DNA of 64,000 bases. Source: Candidatus Latescibacterota bacterium (GTDB lineage Bacteria; Latescibacterota; UBA2968; GCA-2709665). This document shows positions 50,171 through 61,400 of this stretch, piece after piece. Numbering within the stretch: the stretch's first letter is position 1; each line of letters starts with the position of its first letter. The stretch is taken from the NCBI GenBank assembly GCA_965219995.1, contig CBDCOX010000002.1, positions 4,352,001-4,416,000 of the forward strand, read 5' to 3'. A program made the position numbers and the translations under genes. The notes under the pieces were generated by a model. The model was not told where the DNA came from, searched no databases, and worked only from the letters and a program-made list of their open reading frames with translations.

Positions 50171-51244
50171 TCACGCGGCGCAATCTCCCACCTCCACAAC
50201 TCTTCCCGTTTCCGCGGAGGCATAGATCGCTTCCACCACCTCAACGGCGCGAAGTCCGTCCATTCCCGAAATCCCCGGACCGCTACCGTCCAGAATCGCG
50301 TCGACCGTCTCGCTCAGATAGACCCGGCCCGAAACGCCGCCGTATCCTTCTACCGCCCCGGAGGCGACTCTCAACGTCTTCCGCGGGCCATCCGGGAAAT
50401 CAGGGTGGTCGCTCACCACGAAGACTTCGTCCGCCGTACCTCCCCAGGCCGGACTCCAGGAGACCGTACCCAGGGTGCCTCGAAGGCCGATGAAGAGATC
50501 CCTGCCGGCGGGATAGGCATCCGGAACGGAATAACTGATGTCCAGCGTGGCAGTCGCGCCCCGCTTGAACCTTACGATACCGAAACTGTTGTCTTCAATG
50601 TCCAGGTGATGCTGCTGGTGGCTCACCATGCCGGTCGCCTGTCCGACTTCGTCCTGAAGGATCCATCTGAACAGATCGATCCAGTGGGTTCCCAGGTTGT
50701 GCATCGGGCCGCCCCCCGCGATCGACCGCTGATTCAGCCAGGGTGAAATGCCATCTTCCAGGTACCGCAGGGGAGAGCCCGCCGCGCATCGCCCCTCGAG
50801 CGCGACAATCTGCCCCAGAAAGCCGCGGTCTACCAGTTCCTTGATCTTTCGGGATGCCGGATGTGCGCGCCAGCAGTAGGGCGAAGTCAGCGCCACGCCC
50901 GCCGCTTCCGTGGCCGCGATCATGCGCCGGATGCCCCCGGAAGTGTCGGCCATCGGCTTCTCGACAATCACGTGCTTGCCGGCCTCCGCGGCCCGTTCCA
51001 CCGCGTCGGGGCACTCGGCGTGCGGCAGCAGGATCACCGCGAGGCCGATATCCTCCCGCGCGAGAAGCGTGTTGTAATTCCCGTACCCTTCGATCCCGGT
51101 CTGACCGCACACCCGCTTCAGGTACGCCGGATCCGCCTCCGCGACGGCCCGCACCTCCGCCCGGGCGATGGCGTCAAAATGCGGAAGATAGTCCAGGGAG
51201 TGAAGATGGTGAAATCCGATGATCCCGACCCCGAGCCTCTCCAT
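50171..51244 (-). CDS. Gfo/Idh/MocA oxidoreductase
   Basis: VEKP, GGGPMHNLGTHWID; SD AAGGAG before ATG 51244. Confidence 0.88.
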   Translation of the reverse strand: MERLGVGIIGFHHLHSLDYLPHFDAIARAEVRAVAEADPAYLKRVCGQTGIEGYGNYNTLLAREDIGLAVILLPHAECPDAVERAAEAGKHVIVEKPMADTSGGIRRMIAATEAAGVALTSPYCWRAHPASRKIKELVDRGFLGQIVALEGRCAAGSPLRYLEDGISPWLNQRSIAGGGPMHNLGTHWIDLFRWILQDEVGQATGMVSHQQHHLDIEDNSFGIVRFKRGATATLDISYSVPDAYPAGRDLFIGLRGTLGTVSWSPAWGGTADEVFVVSDHPDFPDGPRKTLRVASGAVEGYGGVSGRVYLSETVDAILDGSGPGISGMDGLRAVEVVEAIYASAETGRVVEVGDCAA

Positions 51245-51308
51245 CGAATCGCATTCTCCTTTTCTGCCGGCCGCGGCTTTTCCGCTCGCGACTCCCGGCG
51301 ATAGACGT

Positions 51309-52544
51309 TCAGCCACACCAATCCACGATGGCGCGCGCGAGTACTTCGGCCCCGTCAGCCAGGCTCTGTTCGGGTATCTGCTCCTGGCTGGAGTGGGCTA
51401 CGCCCAGCGTTCCCGCGCCGATCACCACGGCGGGTACGCCAATCAGATTCGTGTAGAACCACGCATCGCACGACGCGGGCATCGCCGCCACCTCGGCGTT
51501 CTGTCCGCTGGCCAGGCAGGCCCGTTCCAGCGTGCCTACGATCGGATGATCGACGGGGACTTCGTTGCAATCGTGCCGGTACATGAACTCCATATCGAAA
51601 TGGTCCGGGAGCCAGTCGCCTCCCTCGGCCTTCAACGCCTCCTCCATCTCGCGCATCACTTCTTCTTTGGTGCGCGTGGGCAGGAATCCGAGAACGCCCT
51701 TGAACGTCGCTTTTCTCGGCGCCATTGCCGGCCAGTCCCCCGCCTCCAGCGTGCCAAACGTAATGGGCATCGGGTTGTCGTACGAATCGTAGAGCGGGTG
51801 CCCCCTGGATTCCGCCAACAATCGGCCGTGGTACCCCTCCAGAATCTCAATTGCCCGCATGGCTTCCTTCAGCGCGCTTACCGTACGCCCCGCCTGACCG
51901 CTGTGACCGGCCCGCCCGTAGACGTTTACCGTGAACCATACCGCGCCGCGGATGGAAGGAAGGATCTTCAGTTCGGACGGCTCCAGCACCAGCGCAGCAT
52001 CGGCGCGGTCGTCCCCTCGCACAAAAGCCAGCGTTCCGTTGCCGCCGCATTCCTCCTCGATTACCAGGTGACCGATCAGATCCCCCTTGAGCTCGATTCC
52101 CATCTCCTTGATCGCGGCGAGCGCCAGATAGAACATGGCGGCCTGACCCTTGCAGTCGCACGCGCCGCGGCCGAAAACGACGCCGTCTTCAACGCGCCCG
52201 TCGAACGGCCGGTCCTGGCCCGACGATGCCGGCACGACGTCCAGGTGGGTATTCACGATCAGCGACCGCCCCCCGCCGGTTCCATTCCTGACCACCCTCA
52301 GGTTCGGGCGATCCGCGTAGGTGATATCCGGAAGCCGGAACGAATAGTCGGGGTCCTCCTGAATGGCGTCCGCAACCGGTACCAGCTCGCGTTCGTCCAC
52401 CACCGCGTGCATTCGCGCGTGCAGCAGGCGCATCGCCTGTCCTTCGTCTCCGCGCACGGACGGAATGCGGATCAGATCGCACAGCAGTCCGACTGCGTCT
52501 TCCCTGTGAGTCTCTATTGCCGCTCTCAATTGCCGATGTTCCAA
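51309..52544 (-). CDS. M20 ArgE/DapE-family deacylase
   Basis: HLDVV, GRGACDCKG, EEE, AHS motifs. Confidence 0.9.
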   Translation of the reverse strand: MEHRQLRAAIETHREDAVGLLCDLIRIPSVRGDEGQAMRLLHARMHAVVDERELVPVADAIQEDPDYSFRLPDITYADRPNLRVVRNGTGGGRSLIVNTHLDVVPASSGQDRPFDGRVEDGVVFGRGACDCKGQAAMFYLALAAIKEMGIELKGDLIGHLVIEEECGGNGTLAFVRGDDRADAALVLEPSELKILPSIRGAVWFTVNVYGRAGHSGQAGRTVSALKEAMRAIEILEGYHGRLLAESRGHPLYDSYDNPMPITFGTLEAGDWPAMAPRKATFKGVLGFLPTRTKEEVMREMEEALKAEGGDWLPDHFDMEFMYRHDCNEVPVDHPIVGTLERACLASGQNAEVAAMPASCDAWFYTNLIGVPAVVIGAGTLGVAHSSQEQIPEQSLADGAEVLARAIVDWCG

Positions 52545-52646
52545 GACCGCACTCCCCGGATCCGGCGCGCGCCTTCGCCCGCTCCGGATCCCCAGTTACC
52601 GGGACGGCATGACCGGTCGTCCCGTCTCCGACAGATGTCCGCCGGA

Positions 52647-53984
52647 TCACCCGGCGACTTCCTCCAGCGCACGGTCGAGGATGTCGATGCCCATCTCCGC
52701 CTCGCTTTCCGTAATCACGAGCGGCGGCGCGATCCGTACGACGTTTCCGTACAACCCGACCTTGCCCAGCAGCAGCCCGTGCGCTCCCGCCGTGAGGAGC
52801 ACGTCGGACGTCAGTTCCGGCGCGGGCGTCTTCTTTTCGGGATCCAGTACGAACTCCAGCCCGATCACGAGCCCCTGCCCGCGCACGTCGCCCAGGACCT
52901 CGTATTTCGCCATCAGTTCCCTGAGCCGCGCCATCATGCAGTCACCCACGCGTTGCGCGTTTTCCGGCAGCATCTCCTCTTCCATCACGTCCAGGACAGC
53001 GTGGGACGCAGCGCTGGCCAGCGGATTGCCGCCACAGGTGCTGGACATCTCACCCACCCCCATGCATTCGAAAATCCCGCTCTCACCGGCAAGCGCGGAC
53101 GCCGGCATTCCGCTGCCGATGCCCTTGCCCAGACAGACCATATTCGGCAGCAGGTCCTCCCACTCCAGCGCGAACAGCTTTCCGGTACGCCCGAACGACG
53201 ATTGCACCTCATCCAGAATGAAGACCATCTCCCGCTCACGCGCCCACGCTTCCAGCCCCTTCAGCCACCCGGCTGGCGGAAAAATAAAACCCGCGCCGCC
53301 TTGATAGGGCTCTGTGATGACCGCGCCAACGTCTCCCGTGGACGTGGAATCGATGATGCGGTCCAGGTTTTCCAGGCAGCGTTGCGCGCACTCCTCTTCC
53401 GTTTCGCTATTGTAGAAATCCCGATAAAAGTAGGGAAACGGCGCCAGTATTCCACCCGGTAGCTGCGGACCGAACGCGCGCTTCGTCTTCATATTTCCGG
53501 CCACGCTCATCGGTCCGTACGTGCGTCCGTGAAATCCCCCGTAGAACGAAAGCACCTCGTGCTTGCCCGTGAACCGCTTCGCGATGCGGATCGCCGCCTC
53601 CGTCGCCTCGGCTCCCGTCGTCAGCAGAAAGGTCTGATCGATGTTTTCGGGCAACAGGTCGGTCAGTCGTTTCGACAGCGTCACGCGTTCCGGCGTCGGA
53701 AACGAATAACAGTTCATCAGGCGCCCGGCCTGTTCCCGTATGCTCTCCACGTGGCGCGGGTGGGAGTGCCCCAGATTGGTGACCAGCACGCCGGAGGTGA
53801 AGTCGAGAAACCGGTTGCCGTCCACGTCCCACACCCAGACGCCCTCGCCGTGGTCCCACACCACCGGCACCTGATCGGCCATGCACGGCGGCTCGTATTC
53901 CCTCGAAACGTCGAGCAATTCGGCGGACCGGGGTCCGGGAATCTCCCGCTTCTCCAATGTGATCGCGTTCGCCGCCCGCGCCAT
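52647..53984 (-). CDS. Class-III PLP aminotransferase (GabT-like)
   Basis: WDVDGNRFLD, FHGRT, DEVQS, LGKG (PLP Lys). Confidence 0.93.
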   Translation of the reverse strand: MARAANAITLEKREIPGPRSAELLDVSREYEPPCMADQVPVVWDHGEGVWVWDVDGNRFLDFTSGVLVTNLGHSHPRHVESIREQAGRLMNCYSFPTPERVTLSKRLTDLLPENIDQTFLLTTGAEATEAAIRIAKRFTGKHEVLSFYGGFHGRTYGPMSVAGNMKTKRAFGPQLPGGILAPFPYFYRDFYNSETEEECAQRCLENLDRIIDSTSTGDVGAVITEPYQGGAGFIFPPAGWLKGLEAWAREREMVFILDEVQSSFGRTGKLFALEWEDLLPNMVCLGKGIGSGMPASALAGESGIFECMGVGEMSSTCGGNPLASAASHAVLDVMEEEMLPENAQRVGDCMMARLRELMAKYEVLGDVRGQGLVIGLEFVLDPEKKTPAPELTSDVLLTAGAHGLLLGKVGLYGNVVRIAPPLVITESEAEMGIDILDRALEEVAG

Positions 53985-54008
53985 ATCAGATCTCCCGACA
54001 GGTTGATG

Positions 54009-54998
54009 CTATGCCAGTTCCTTGTTGATCAGAAACCGCGGCGGCCGTCCTTCGATAAACCGCACAAAGTCCTCCATCACCTTCTCACGCATGCTCCAGT
54101 TCGCCTCTTCGGAATACCACGCCAGATGGGGCGCGAGGAGCGCATTCTCCAGATTGAACAGGTCCATTTCCGGATCGGGCGGTTCCTGCTCGTAGACGTC
54201 GATGGCGGCGCCCGCAATCCAGCCCTCCCTCAGCGCACGCGCGAGGGCATCCGCGTCCACCAGACCTCCCCTGGCGGTATTCACAAGATAGGTGTGGGAC
54301 TTCATCGCCCGAAGTTCCTTTTCGCCGATGAGATGGTAGGAATCTTCGTCGAGCGACGCGTGAACCGTGATCATATCCGCTTCTTTGATCACCGTGTCGA
54401 GGTCCACCACCTGCACACCCAGTTCTTTACGGCGTTCCGCGGAGAGATACGGATCGCAGACCAGGACGTTCACGTCGAACCCCGCCAGTTTCCGCAGCGT
54501 GAGGCTCCCGATGCGGCCGCACCCGACAATGCCCACGGTCTTTCCCTTGACGGAATAGACCGGATATACGTCGGTGAAGTCCCATATCCCGTTTCGGCTC
54601 GACGCTTCCAGAATTCTCCGTCCCACGTTCAGCTTCCGCCAGCCCGCCAGCATCAGCGTGATGGCGTGTTCGGCCACCTCGTCCGAACAGTAGTCCGGCT
54701 CGTAGGCGACCCGGATTCCCTTTTTCGTCGCCGCGCTCACGTCCACGTTGTCGTATCCCACGCCATGCCTCAGGATCAACCTGCACCTTTCCAGCTGATC
54801 GATCACGCTCGCAGTCATCTTTACCATATTCACCAGAATCATATCCGCGTCGACGATCGTTTCGACCAGATCCGGCTCGGACCTGAACTTCAGCTGATGA
54901 TATTCGAAGGTGACGTGTCCGTATTTGCCGAGTTCTTCCTCTTCCCATTTCAGATCGGGCTCAATATAGTCGGTGACCACAATTTTGATCGGCTCCAT
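54009..54998 (-). CDS. D-2-hydroxyacid dehydrogenase (CtBP/SerA-like)
   Basis: GVGYDNVD, GCGRIG, NTARG, PHLAWYS. Confidence 0.92.
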   Translation of the reverse strand: MEPIKIVVTDYIEPDLKWEEEELGKYGHVTFEYHQLKFRSEPDLVETIVDADMILVNMVKMTASVIDQLERCRLILRHGVGYDNVDVSAATKKGIRVAYEPDYCSDEVAEHAITLMLAGWRKLNVGRRILEASSRNGIWDFTDVYPVYSVKGKTVGIVGCGRIGSLTLRKLAGFDVNVLVCDPYLSAERRKELGVQVVDLDTVIKEADMITVHASLDEDSYHLIGEKELRAMKSHTYLVNTARGGLVDADALARALREGWIAGAAIDVYEQEPPDPEMDLFNLENALLAPHLAWYSEEANWSMREKVMEDFVRFIEGRPPRFLINKELA

Positions 54999-55027
54999 AG
55001 AACGCTCCTGAGAATAGAGATGCGGGT

Positions 55028-56071
55028 TTACCCGCCAAAAGGCAGCGCCACGGGATTGCCCGTCCTCGCCGATTCGTAGATCGCCAGGATAATCTCGATC
55101 GCACGCTTCGATTCCGGACCATCGATTTCCGGCTCGCCGCCTTCATTCAGAATACGTACCATCTCCGCTATCTGCGCCTTGTGCCCCTCCGTGCCGAACG
55201 TCCTGGAATCCGATGCCGCCCTGGCGACGTCGGTCGTGTCCGCCGCGGCCTCCTCCACGCTTTCGCCCTCCACGTCCCACCTGGTAATCTGGTCCGCTTC
55301 CACCACGACCGTACCCCGATCACCGGATAACTCCATGCGGGCGGGCAACCCGGGATACGCCGCGGAAGACGCTTCGATCACACCCAGCGCTCCGTTCTCG
55401 TATTCCAGTGTGGCAACCACGGTGTCTTCCACTTCGATATCGTGGATTAATGTGCCCATCCTGGCGTAGACGCGCTTGACCGGTCCCATGATCCACTGGA
55501 GCAGGTCCACCGTGTGGCTGCCCTGCGTCATCAGGGCCCCGCCGCCCTCCATCGCCCAGTCGCCGCGCCAATCGTCCGCATCGTAATAGGCCTGCGGCCG
55601 AAACCACTTGATATAGGCGTCGGCCAGCACCATTCTGCCGAGAGCGCCGGATTGAACAGCGGCTCGCACCCGGTTGACGGCCTCCCCGTACCGCAACTGA
55701 AATACCCCCATGAGTTTCACCCCTGCGTCTCCGGCCGCTCCAATAATGCGATCCATATTCTGAATCGACACATCCAGAGGCTTTTCCACGATCAGATGCT
55801 TTCCCGCCGCCGCCGCATCGGTGACGATCGGAATGCGGACGCCGCTGGGCGTACATATACAGACGACGTCCACTTCCGGCCGGCGAAGAACGGCTTCGTG
55901 GTCGGTAAACCAGGGGACGCCGTGGGCTTCTCCGGTGGCCCGGGCGCGCGATTCGCTGCGGCTGTACACCGCGACAAGCTCCGCTCCTTCGGTGTCCTGC
56001 ACGGCGCCAATGTGATAATCCGCCACCACGCCGCATCCAATCATTGCAAAACCGACGGTCCGATCACCCAT
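55028..56071 (-). CDS. Gfo/Idh/MocA oxidoreductase
   Basis: GCGVVA, VEKP, GGGALMTQGSH; SD GGAGG. Confidence 0.92.
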   Translation of the reverse strand: MGDRTVGFAMIGCGVVADYHIGAVQDTEGAELVAVYSRSESRARATGEAHGVPWFTDHEAVLRRPEVDVVCICTPSGVRIPIVTDAAAAGKHLIVEKPLDVSIQNMDRIIGAAGDAGVKLMGVFQLRYGEAVNRVRAAVQSGALGRMVLADAYIKWFRPQAYYDADDWRGDWAMEGGGALMTQGSHTVDLLQWIMGPVKRVYARMGTLIHDIEVEDTVVATLEYENGALGVIEASSAAYPGLPARMELSGDRGTVVVEADQITRWDVEGESVEEAAADTTDVARAASDSRTFGTEGHKAQIAEMVRILNEGGEPEIDGPESKRAIEIILAIYESARTGNPVALPFGG

Positions 56072-56298
56072 AGACGAATCCTCCCGGACGATACCTTCAA
56101 CATGCATGGAAAACCCCAAAGCGACGGCGCACGTCCGGCGGCGATGTGCCGCAGCCGGTTCTTCGGGGCTTGCCCGAAGGCCGCGTGTGGTGTATCTTTT
56201 TCGGGCCTTGCGTCCGTCAGGCCGGCGGGCCCCTTCGACTCCCCGTTTCTTGACTCCGGGTTGCGAAAGACGCGTTCACCTGCGGAGGACATGACCGG

Positions 56299-57126
56299 AT
56301 GGAATACGTGCATTCCGATCTTCTGGACGGCAAAGTCGCGTGGGTCACGGCTTCCGCGCGAGGCCTGGGACGGGCGATCGCGGAACGTCTTGCACGTTGC
56401 GGCGCTTCGATGGTTGTCCACGCAAGGTCCGACCGGACGGCCGCCGAGTTCGACGAAGCCCCGTCGACGACTCACGTGGCCCGGGAAATCGGGAGAGCGG
56501 GCAACGCAGTGATTGCCGTATTCGCGGACGTCTCGGACCCCGTACAGGTTGAGACCGCAGTTGAACGCATCGAAAGCGAACTCGGCCCCATCGACATTCT
56601 GGTGAACAATGCCGGAGGCGACATCGCGGCGGCGGGCGGAAAACCGAAGCCCAACGATACGCTGGATATTCCGCTGGAAGACGTGGAAGCCGTGTTCAAG
56701 AGGAATTTCGACACGACCCTGCATTGCTGCCGCGCCGTTGTTCCAGGCATGATTCAGCGCGGGGGCGGCAGAATCGTCAATATCGGCTCGGTGGACAGCT
56801 TTACCGGCGCGCCCGGGGGAGGTCCCGTCTACGCCACGGCCAAAGCGGCGCAGACCCACTATACCCGCTGCCTGGCCGCTCAACTCCGGGAGCACAACAT
56901 CACCGTGAACATGGTTGCGCCGGGCGACTCCCCCAGCGGTCGCTTTATCGCCACGGGTCAGGCCGACCCGGAATATCTGAGCGCAATGAACCGGCCCACG
57001 CTGATCCGATACGCGTATCCGGATGAGATCGCGCGGGCCGTGCAGTTCTTCGTGTCACCACTGGCGAGCTTCGTGAGCGGGCAGATCCTGCGCGTGGACG
57101 GAGGCGCGCAACTCTCCCCGGCGTAG
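56299..57126 (+). CDS. Short-chain dehydrogenase/reductase
   Basis: TASARGLG, NNAG, YATAK. Confidence 0.92.
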   Translation: MEYVHSDLLDGKVAWVTASARGLGRAIAERLARCGASMVVHARSDRTAAEFDEAPSTTHVAREIGRAGNAVIAVFADVSDPVQVETAVERIESELGPIDILVNNAGGDIAAAGGKPKPNDTLDIPLEDVEAVFKRNFDTTLHCCRAVVPGMIQRGGGRIVNIGSVDSFTGAPGGGPVYATAKAAQTHYTRCLAAQLREHNITVNMVAPGDSPSGRFIATGQADPEYLSAMNRPTLIRYAYPDEIARAVQFFVSPLASFVSGQILRVDGGAQLSPA

Positions 57127-57147
57127 TCCGCCCGGCGACGACGCCCG

Positions 57148-57744
57148 TCAGCGCCTGTCCAGTTCCGCCCGGTAATCCTCCGGCGTATCGATATCCCGCA
57201 ACACCCCCCCATCCTCCACTTCGACTTCGATCGTGTCGTGCGGGTGCCCCCGCATAACGGGTTTCAGCCCGTCTTCCCCCGTTAGAGATCGGATTGCAGG
57301 GAGATAACGACCCAGATCCACCAGGGCCGGATGCCCCCGTCTGCCCTGATATACAGGAACCACGATTCCCTTATTGCCGTTCCGATACACCGTCGCAACC
57401 TTCCTGACGACGCTCTCGCGGATATGCGGTTGGTCGCCCAGGGCGATTAACGCCGCATCGGCCGATTCTTCCAGGGCTGAAAGCCCGCACATGATACTCG
57501 AAAACATCCCCTCACGGTAGTCGGGATTCGTTTGAAACAGGACGGGCCGTTCCGCCAGACTTGCACGTACGGCGTCCGCCTTGTGGCCCAGCACCACCAG
57601 GACATCATCCAGTTCGGCCTCCAGCAGCGTATCGACCACGGCCTGAAGTACCGTCTTTCCGCGGAACGGCAACAGCTGTTTGGGAGACCCCATGCGTGTA
57701 GACATCCCCGCAGCCGGCACGAGCGCGCAAATGCGTTTTGTCAT
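57148..57744 (-). CDS. MocA-like nucleotidyltransferase (molybdenum cofactor cytidylyltransferase family)
   Basis: AAGMSTRMGSPKQLL, LGDQP, RGHP, DIDTPEDY. Confidence 0.88.
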   Translation of the reverse strand: MTKRICALVPAAGMSTRMGSPKQLLPFRGKTVLQAVVDTLLEAELDDVLVVLGHKADAVRASLAERPVLFQTNPDYREGMFSSIMCGLSALEESADAALIALGDQPHIRESVVRKVATVYRNGNKGIVVPVYQGRRGHPALVDLGRYLPAIRSLTGEDGLKPVMRGHPHDTIEVEVEDGGVLRDIDTPEDYRAELDRR

Positions 57745-57998
57745 CTGGTTATCAAGTATAATAAAAAACCGGCGCGGAGACCACAACTTCTGACCGGCTG
57801 CGGGACAGGACGGGTGCGTCCTGCAGATCCGCATTTAAAACAACTACTTACTCGTCACCCTTCCAGGCAGGCCGCCGGGAGGCCGTTCCGGACCGCAGTC
57901 CGGCGAATGAGATAACTCCGACGCGGCGCCCATTCGCGCGAGATTATTGATAAAACTAATAAAAACAAATGATTAATTCGTCCATTTCACGCTTTACC

Positions 57999-58026
57999 TT
58001 GACTTTTTTCCATTAAATAGTACATT
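57999..58026 (+). promoter_or_regulatory. Sigma-70 promoter with AT-rich upstream tract
   Basis: TTGACT-16 bp-TACATT. Confidence 0.5.
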
Positions 58027-58093
58027 ACATCCCTTTGATAGGTGCAGGGGGTCGAATTTCGCACGTCCTCAGCCTCCGGATAAGGCATTTCAG

Positions 58094-58339
58094 GTGCTCT
58101 GTGAAACGTGTGAAAAGCGTCCCGCCACACGGATCTCCACCCGGATCATCAATGGCGGGAAACAGATCGCGTATCGTTGCGAAGTCTGCGACACGTTACC
58201 GGAAGCCGGGTCGCAACCTCGCCTGGAGCGCCCTTGCGTGCGTTGCGGGAAGGAAGAGGGCGTTGTCAAGTATACGCGATTCGCTGAACGATATCGAACC
58301 GTAACCTATCTTTGTGAAACCTGCGCGGCCGGGCCCTGA
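58094..58339 (+). CDS. Small protein with four CxxC motifs, two McsA-like zinc-binding units
   Basis: MLCETCEKRPAT...CEVC and CVRC...LCETC. Confidence 0.7.
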   Translation: MLCETCEKRPATRISTRIINGGKQIAYRCEVCDTLPEAGSQPRLERPCVRCGKEEGVVKYTRFAERYRTVTYLCETCAAGP

Positions 58340-58409
58340 TGTCCTGTCTCCGGAAGTTGTCACCATGCTTTCCCGCCTGCGCCGCGCCCTTGAGCAACCG
58401 GACAGCCGC

Positions 58410-61400
58410 ATGATGGATACCAGCACATTCCTTAATCCCCCGGCCCCCTATCGAATTCTGCCTACCTGGACCTGGAACAGCACGATCGAGGAGGGAGAGA
58501 TCGTGCGTCAGATCCGGGAGATGGGTGAAAAGGGTCTGGGTGGATTCTGCCTGTCCGCGGGGCCGGGGCTTCGCATTCCGTACCTTTCCAGAGTCTGGTT
58601 CGATCGGGTTCGCGTGGCTGTGGAAACCGCCCGCGAGGTTGGACTTCAGGTCTGGCTGCACGACGAATATCCTCACCCCCACAGCATCAGCGGCGTCCAG
58701 GTATCGTTGGGGTACCCGCAGTATCGGGCCCAACACCTTACGTTTGACGAAATCACGGTCCAGGGTGGCCAGCAGGTCGATATGGAGCTTCCATGGGGAA
58801 CCGTGCTGCGCGCGCTGGCCGTTCCGTTGAAACGCGACCGGTGCCTCTGGGAGGACGTCGCGGATATCGGCGACAATATCGGCGCGAATCAACGGCAGGA
58901 AATATTCCGCGAACACGCGGACGACGCGGTTTACCACAACAAACGGTTTCTTGCCGGCCACCTCACACACCGCCTGTTCTGGAAGGCGCCGCCGGGGCGC
59001 TGGAGAGTGCTTGTCTTCATCCAGCGGGAAAACGAAGCGGCGCAACCCCATGGAATCCACTTCGATCCGTTCAACGCGGATGCCGTCGCCTGCTTTCTCG
59101 AGACCACCCACGGAAGGTACGCCAGCGGGCTGGCGGACGATTTCGGCCGCGTGATTCAGGGCATTCTTACCACCGAGGCGTTTCCCACTCCCGGGAGATG
59201 GCCCTGGTCTCCGACATTGCCCCGGGTATTTCAGGACCGGAACCGGTACGACCTGCTTAAGTGCCTCCCGGCGCTGATGACCTATTTCGGCCCGAACACG
59301 GCCCGGATCCGGTATGATTACTTCCAGACGCTGAGCGAGATGCTCAGGGACAACTTCCACAAAGCCTTTGAGACGTGGTGCGCGAAACGGAACGTGCTGC
59401 ATGCGGCCGACGTCACCGTCTTCAGGAACGCCCACCGGCGCAACGTCCATATTCCCGGGACGTGCGGAGGCGGCGAAAAGGTAGGCGGGTTCAGAAATGG
59501 GGACGCGCACGCCGCCTCGTATCGCCGCAACCCCCGGTTCTCCGTTTCGGAGCACGACGGGGGCCGGGCGTTCAACACATGTTTCCAGGATACCGGCTGG
59601 TCGCTGACGCTCCAGGATATGAAATGGACGGTCGACCGGATGGGCGCACTCGGCGCGAATCTCTTTCACGCGCGGGGATTGTCCTACACCCTCGACGGAC
59701 TGCGCAAGCACGACAGTCCGCCCTCGATTTTCCATCAGAACCCGTACTGGAAACATTTCCGGCTTCTGGCGGATTACGCCGGCCGCCTCTCCTACGTCCT
59801 CAGCCAGGGACGCCGGAGGGCCAACCTGGCACTTCTGGATCCGGTGACGAGCCTCTGGGCGCACCTGGGCAGTCCCGGCCTCGGATGGGAATATATCGGT
59901 TACGACGAGGATGAGGCCAAGCTCACCCAGCGGCTCGCTACAGATTGGGCGTACCTGATAGAGTCCATGTGCCGGATGCAGCGCGATTTCGACTCCCTGG
60001 ATCCGGAAACCCTCGCGGCGGCGCGCGTCGCCGGAAATCGGCTGCAGATCGACGGAGCCGGCTACGACGTGCTCATCCTGCCTCCCATCACAAACCTGGA
60101 GCGAGACGCGTTTGAACGTATCAGGCAATTCATCAATGCCGGCGGCAGAGTCATCTGTCTCGGCCTGCTTCCGATCGAAGACATCCAGGAGGGGCCATCG
60201 GTTGTCGAGGCTTTCTCCCGCCTGACCGATATGGAGCCCGGTAGAATGAGGCGGGACTATATCGGCCACGAACTGGGCGTACATCTGATTCAGCGGGGAA
60301 ACCTCTACTTCATTCGCACGGGTGGTTCCGTCGAAAAAAACCGCGGCGCCCGAATGCTGGGCGATCTGCTCCACCGGATCCTTCCCGCGGACGTGATTGT
60401 CGAGACCGACAAAAAGAACGGATCTGCGATATTGGCGCAGAGACGAGAGACGGCAAACGAAGATCTGTTTTTCTTTGCCAATACCGACCGGAACGCCTTC
60501 ACGTCCCGGATCACCCTGGAGATTCCGCCCCACAGGCGAAAGGTGGAACGGTGGGATCTGGAAACAGGCAGGCGCACCCCATTGCCGGTGGAGCGCGAAG
60601 GAGATCGGGTCAGGCTCAACGTCGACTTCGAACGATTGCAGTCCCACCTGATTGTTGCGTCAGAAGACAAACCGCAGCCTCCCGGCGAATCGGAAACCCC
60701 GGCCGTTCTGCGTCCCGACGGGAGCGACCCGTGGAAAGTCGATCCCGAAGAGGACAACTGCCTTCGCCTGGACAGGTTCCAGATGCAACTCGATCCGCAG
60801 AACAAGGGGATCGAGCAGGGCTGGCACAAACCGGGCTACAGGGACAATCGCTGGACGTCCGTAACCCCCAAGCCGGTTGTCGACCAGATTGGAGACCTGT
60901 CGTCTCTCTCCGGACTGCCTTTCACGTTCAATGGCGCCGGACCGGGCAGGACCGCCGGTCCCGGTATCGAATTTCCCCTGGTCTGCTGGTTCAGAACGGC
61001 ATTCTCCGCCGACGTCGTGCCGTCCAAACTGTCCCTGGTCATGGACCGCAGCGCCATTCTGGGCAATTACCAGATCTATCTGAACGGCGTCCGACTGCCG
61101 GGCAAGGCTTTTCGTCCCACTTTCAGGTACGACCACAACAACGTCACCTGCGCGGTGGTGCGCCGCGCAACGACCGGAAGGAACGTCCTGGCCATCCGCG
61201 TGGAACTGGACGATCTCAACCAGGGCCTCGTCGACGCCTTTTATCTCTTCGGAAAATTCGGCGTGAGGCGCTGGCTCAACCACTATTTGCGAATGGTTGC
61301 CCCGGTCGACCGTGGATTCCCGGGCGAGCTGGACGAGCAGAAAATGCCATATTACGCGGGCACGGTCGTGTATACGAAGGATATGACGTTTGCCGAGCCT

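Noticed and set aside
51219-53462. 747-aa plus-strand ORF; similar long antisense ORFs at 58266-60647, 53529-55079, 36459-37916 and 15578-16885
   Set aside because: Shadow ORFs opposite well-supported genes in GC-rich DNA; no motifs.
58325-58393. TGA ending the zinc-finger mini-protein as possible Sec, or AAGP as an arrest motif
   Set aside because: All CxxC pairs are complete before it, the readthrough is short and featureless, and AAGP is not the RAGP motif.
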